A stretch of 64,000 nucleotides of DNA from Vicugna vicugna (taxonomy: Eukaryota): assembly GCA_013265495.1 (NCBI GenBank), contig MU061538.1, forward strand, positions 186,001-250,000, read 5' to 3'. Shown here in pieces: positions 59,661 to 64,000 of the stretch. Made by a program: the position numbers and the translations under genes. The notes below the pieces were generated by a model. That model made no database searches and was not told the DNA's origin. It worked only from the letters and a program-made list of their open reading frames with translations. Each line of letters starts with the position of its first letter. Position 1 is the stretch's first letter.

Positions 59661-62600
59661 CCACCCCCAGTACATGTCGAAGGTCAGAGGTCGAAGGTGG
59701 CAGAGTCCGCGCTTGCGCAGGCGGGGCCGCCATGTGCCGCTCCGGGTGCGGGAAGACCGCCCCCCACCCCCCGCCTGGCTGGCTGTCTCCTGCGGGGGTC
59801 CCATGAGGCGGCGCGGATTTAACCACAGAAATCTTCGTTACTAAGCGAGTTCACAGATGAGAGGACAGGACTTCTCAGCGGAGTTCCCGCCACCCTGACA
59901 AGTCCCATAGGTGGGTCAGTGCCGGGTCTTCATGGCGGTGCCGTCACTTTTGGTAAAAACGTGACCAAGCATTTCTTGTGCTTTATTTCAGCTTCTCCTG
60001 CCAACAGCCGTGGGGGGGGGTAGATGGTATTATTCTCCTAATTTATTAATTAAAAACCTCTTTACGCATCACTTGGCCACACGAGCAGAAAACGCCCGAG
60101 TCCAGAGTCTACCCTGGTGCCCCCGCCCCCAAGCCCAAGATTTACCCCCTTGACTCACACAGTGGCCGTCAGGGGGAGGGGGAGGGTCTGGGCCACGTGG
60201 AGGAGATCATGGGGGTGCCAGGCCGGCCTGGGTGCAGGTGGGGTGCACAGGCACCTGCTGCCCGCCCTTCAGGGCATCTCGGTTCCTGTGAAGAGGGTGG
60301 GGCATGCAGGTGTGGGGTCCTCACCAACTGGGTGGGGCATTGAACCCAATGGCCAGATTAAGCCGAAAAGCCATTGCAAGGTCGTGGGGTCACCCTGGCA
60401 ACGTGCCAGGTGGCCAGCGCGCCATGTGTACTTGGCGTCTGGTCTGTGTGTCATTTGCGGGCAGGTGGACTCGTCCCTGCGACGTATGGTCCTGGCTCCG
60501 CGGAGCGGTGTTCCAGGTGCGGGCGCACCGCAGGCCACATCCGTTGTCCTGCCGAGGGATGGCCCTTGTCCCGTCTCAGTCTGTGGCTGCCACAAGCCAG
60601 GCTCCTCTGGGTGAGTGCGCTTGTGCAGTCACCTTTACAGACCCCTGTTCGATCCCCCCGGGCAGACGCCTGGGGTGGTTGCTGGGTTACTGGGTACGTG
60701 TGTGTTCCAGACGCTGAGAACTGTTCCCCAAAGCGGTTTTCTGCCCTGTTGAACCAAGAATGTGTGAGAGCCAGAGGCTCAGTGTCCGTTTTGGGTCCGG
60801 CACCCAGTTCTCACACAAGAGCTTGGGGTCAGAGAGGTCAGCGTCCGGAAGCTGGCTCCCCCTGCCCCGCGCCTGGGACCTTGGGCCACTGGCTCAGGCT
60901 CCGACTCTGATTCCCCTCTATGGGGTGGGGACCGTGACGCGCCCGTCGGGGGAAGGGGTCGCAGTCCCCGCCATCCCTGCTCCTCCTGGGTGTGGCCGTC
61001 CATCCGGTGCTGCCCGTTTGCTTCAGGGTCCAGCTCAGCGCCACGAGCGCCTGTGTCCCCTCTCCCCGCTGCCTCCGGGGTTGTCGGGGCTGCCTGGGGC
61101 CAGGCCGGGTGTGACTGTGGGTGGGGGCCGGCCTCTCCCAGCGGAGGGCGGCCTCCCCTCCTCACTCCTCGGGCGACAGCTCTGGACCTGGGCATCCGGC
61201 GTCCGGCTCCTGTGCTGGGAACTGGCCACACCACCGAGTGACCTCCCGCTGGGAGATGATGGACCGCGGACACTCAGCAGGAAACAGGCGTCTCCGAGCA
61301 GCACCAGCGCCTGTGCCTGGAGAGGCGGCTTCGCGCCCGAGGTGAGGAGGCCGAGAAAGGAGCCCGCAGTGAACGTGTGTGAGCAGCTCACTGAGGGACA
61401 GGTTTTCCTTAAATCAGCGTCACTTGCAGTAGATGCACATGCCGAAGAGCTGGAGCTGCGCCGAAGGCCGAGGCTTCCTCACCCCGGACATGCGTGCCCT
61501 GGGCGCGGCTTGTCGGGAACAGGCGGGCCGGGTGCACGGCGGTCATCGTCGGTGGGGTCCGTGGCGCATGCGCCTGTGGTGGAGCCGCCCGACTTCCGTC
61601 TTTGTCGTGGCACCTTGGTGATGTCCCCTTCAGACGCAGCCGCCTTGGTTCGCGCCAGCAGCAGTTCTCTTGCGTGGAAACGCAGCTTTAGGACGCCATG
61701 GGATGAATGCTCTGAGGGTCCCGTCCGTTGGGGGCCTGCCGAGCCCCCGTGTTGCAGGCCCCAGCCTCCACCCCGCAGGGCCGCCCCGGCCAGGGCACAG
61801 GGCCCAGCGCAGCAGGGGCCCGGGTGCAGGCTCGGGGGTGAGGCTGCCGGACGCAGGGGCCTGACCAGGGGCCGAGGAGCCCCCCGCCCCCTGCGTTTCC
61901 CTGCGGTCTGCTGGTTTAATCCTGTCTCCTCCCTGCTTTGCCGGATAACACCGCCGGTGTAACGACCAGGAGGAGCTGCAGGCGCGGGGCGGGCAGGCGG
62001 CTGTTCCGGATGCGCAGGGCCTCAGCTGGGGTGGGGGGGGGAGGGCGGGCCCGCACACTCTCCCCGGGTTCACCAGGCTGATCTAGGGTTTCCTTCTGGT
62101 CCTGTGCTGAGAATGCTTCCTTTTTGCTTTGTGACCTTTATTGGTGAATGTCGTGAAGAGTGTCGTCTTGTGCACGCCAAGGATGCTCTTGCAGTGTTGA
62201 TGGGAAGGAAAGCTTTGTGAGTCAAATCGAGGTTTCCTTTTGCTTCCTTCTTTCCTTACGAGGACTTCTGAATTCCAGGATCTGGAAACTTTCTACCTAG
62301 ATTTTCTTCCAGTTTTCTCAAAAGGTCTTATTTCGGCGACTTGGCCGTCTGTCCTGGTCACACAGCCCTCATTTCGTGCCCGTTTGCTCTCTACGCACCG
62401 GTCAGCCTTCGGGCGGCGGTTGTTCCTGGACATTAAGGTTCTGGTTCACTTCTGTGACCGAGAGTCCTTCTCCCCATCGCATGTTCTAAGTGGCAGTTGC
62501 TTGCGTGTCTTTAACTTCAGTGGTGTTGCCCGAGCTCCCTGGTGGTCAGGCTGGGCCCTTCGGTGCTGCGAGGCCCTGTCCCCGTCCGGGTCGGGCCTGC

Positions 62601-62977
62601 TCCCTTCCAGGCTCCTGGCTCCCTCCCCCTGCCGACAGCGGCCCCAGTGCTGGCTCCCAGCTTGTCCCCCTCCGCCCCCCGCCCTGGTCGGCATGTCGGG
62701 GCGGCTCTTCATTTTTCTGAGCCTGGCTTCCGTGTGATGGGTCTGGTTTTCCGTGGGGACGGTTCTGTCCCTGTGAGTCTGTGGTCCAGGCTCCCCTCGG
62801 CCTTCTCGCATCGAACCTCCTTCCTCCCGTCTTCACTCGACCCCCTTTAATCCGCCTGTTGCGCTGTTCCCTCCTTTTCCACGGTTGCCATTTTCCTAAA
62901 TGTTACTGAGAGCACGAAGCAGATGCTGTTTGGAATTTGCGGGGGCTCCTGACAGCAACTTCAAACGTGTTCTAGGG

Positions 62978-63128
62978 TTTGTTTATACCGCAGTCCAGTG
63001 GAGGCACAGGGTTGTGTCATTTCAGGCGTACGACGTGGTGGCCTGGTTTGCGCGTGTACACGCAGGCGTGCTCTCCGTCCCAGGCCGCTGTCGGGTCCTG
63101 GGGACGGCTCTGCCGCAGGCCCCTGTCT
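62978..63128 (-). mobile_element. Artiodactyl-type L1 3' terminus, antisense, heavily AT->GC eroded
   Basis: accgcagtccagtggaggcacagggttgtgtcatttcaggcgtacgacgtggtggcctggtttgcgcgtgtacacgca aligns by eye with the recalled attgaagtatagttgatttacaatgttgtgttagtttcaggtgtacagcaaagtgattcagttatacatatacatata, and with the reverse complement of 36100-36260. Confidence 0.6.
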
Positions 63129-64000
63129 GAGAGTCGTCCCCAGAAATATTTTCCTTGCACCTTCTGTGCAGGCTCATCTGTTCTGTGTTTTGGAATCGTG
63201 TTTTAGGCCTCAGGTCCTTGTGTTTGGTGTCTGTGTTGTTCACAGCTGCCTCCTCTCCTCTGCCCAGAGCGCGGTCCTGGGGAGGCTGCGTCCTCGCGGG
63301 CGGCTGTGGGCGGACGTATCCGGAGACTGCACACACCTTGTCCCCGAGCCTTGGGGCCGCAGCGCCGGAGCCAGCCTCGGGTCAGCGCACACTGTGATCG
63401 CGCGTCCGGTTAGTGACATGCGGGATGGCAGGGCAGACTTGGGGTTTAGACAAGGAGAAATGTTCACCTGTGGCCCCATCAGCGAGGCTCGCGCCGTGTG
63501 CTCACCGCGGCTCTGGTGTCTCCCGGCTCAGGCTCCCTCTTGGCCCCGTGTAGCAACGTGGCTGGTCTGGGCGCACAGAGGGGCTCGCACTCATCTCGAG
63601 TCTAAGCGGCACGGAGCCTGGAGGCGGGGGGCCGGACGCCTGCCCCAGACGCATTGCCGGGCAGGCGTCGCGTATGCCCTGGAGAGATGGTCTCGTCCTG
63701 GACCCCCTGGAGGCTGCGAGGCAGAGCTGCAGGCGGGCCGGTGAGCGAGCTCGGCCTCCCCGCCCCACGCTGGGGGTGCTCACGGGGGGCTTGCCTGCTC
63801 TCTGGGAAACCCTAACTGAGCACGTCCCGCAAGCTCCACGCACGTGCAGACCAGCCTCCCTCGGCCCGTGCGGGGCTCTGCGCAGCACCCTGGGCCGGCC
63901 TGCCAACCCACGCCTGTGCCGCCAGACGCGTGGGCGGTGTGTGGTCTCCCCGAGACCCCGGGGCCTTCCTCTGTCCGACCTGTGTGTTCCAGCATCACCG

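Larger units (their letters stand above)
13550..64000 (+). other. PTPRN2: 5' part of PTPRN2 intron 2 (exon 3 not found in the window)
   Basis: Starts with GTAAGT. No DGVFGRCQKV...YEVS-like exon-3 peptide appears in the ORF track or by eye. The human intron 2 is known to be very long. Confidence 0.75.

Noticed and set aside
60760..61962. Longest ORF (400 aa), and other long ORFs such as 2800-3777, 37128-38123 and 5943-6761
   Set aside because: They are rich in Pro/Gly/Arg/Ala, have no recognisable domain, and overlap ORFs in all frames. This is expected where stop codons are scarce in GC-rich DNA.
13550..64000. PTPRN2 exon 3 and the intronic miR-153-2
   Set aside because: No DGVFGRCQKV-like exon and no miR-153 sequence were recognised. 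miR-153-2 lies in a much more distal intron.

Overview
This is GC-rich, CpG-rich mammalian genomic DNA, probably camelid. That guess rests on the 3' UTR of the youngest L1 and on seeing no Alu, B1, Bov-tA, PRE-1 or CAN-SINE copies. The window appears to lie inside the very large gene PTPRN2 (phogrin/IA-2beta) on the + strand. The only coding exon I can support is the 51-nt exon 2 at 13499-13549 (GCLFEDQLCGPAETCVN[D]). Everything else is the end of intron 1 and the start of intron 2. The introns contain: an antisense ERV1-type solo LTR with an amplified CCAAT/octamer array (16526-17224); a young 5'-inverted (twin-primed) L1 with target-site duplications (TSDs) (34687-36283); several nested, strongly GC-eroded older L1, L2, MIR, MER5 and MLT1 relics; three minisatellites and several microsatellites; a 678-N assembly gap; and a few AT-rich islands that look like enhancers. 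The many long ORFs in the track are GC-rich shadow ORFs or L1 remnants. I found no convincing new multi-gene system. The best leads are the LTR as an antisense promoter or enhancer near exon 2, a graded record of GC-biased repeat erosion, a 21/42-bp G-rich VNTR, and a candidate in-frame micro-exon. Repeat family names come from recalled consensus sequences and need RepeatMasker/Dfam confirmation.
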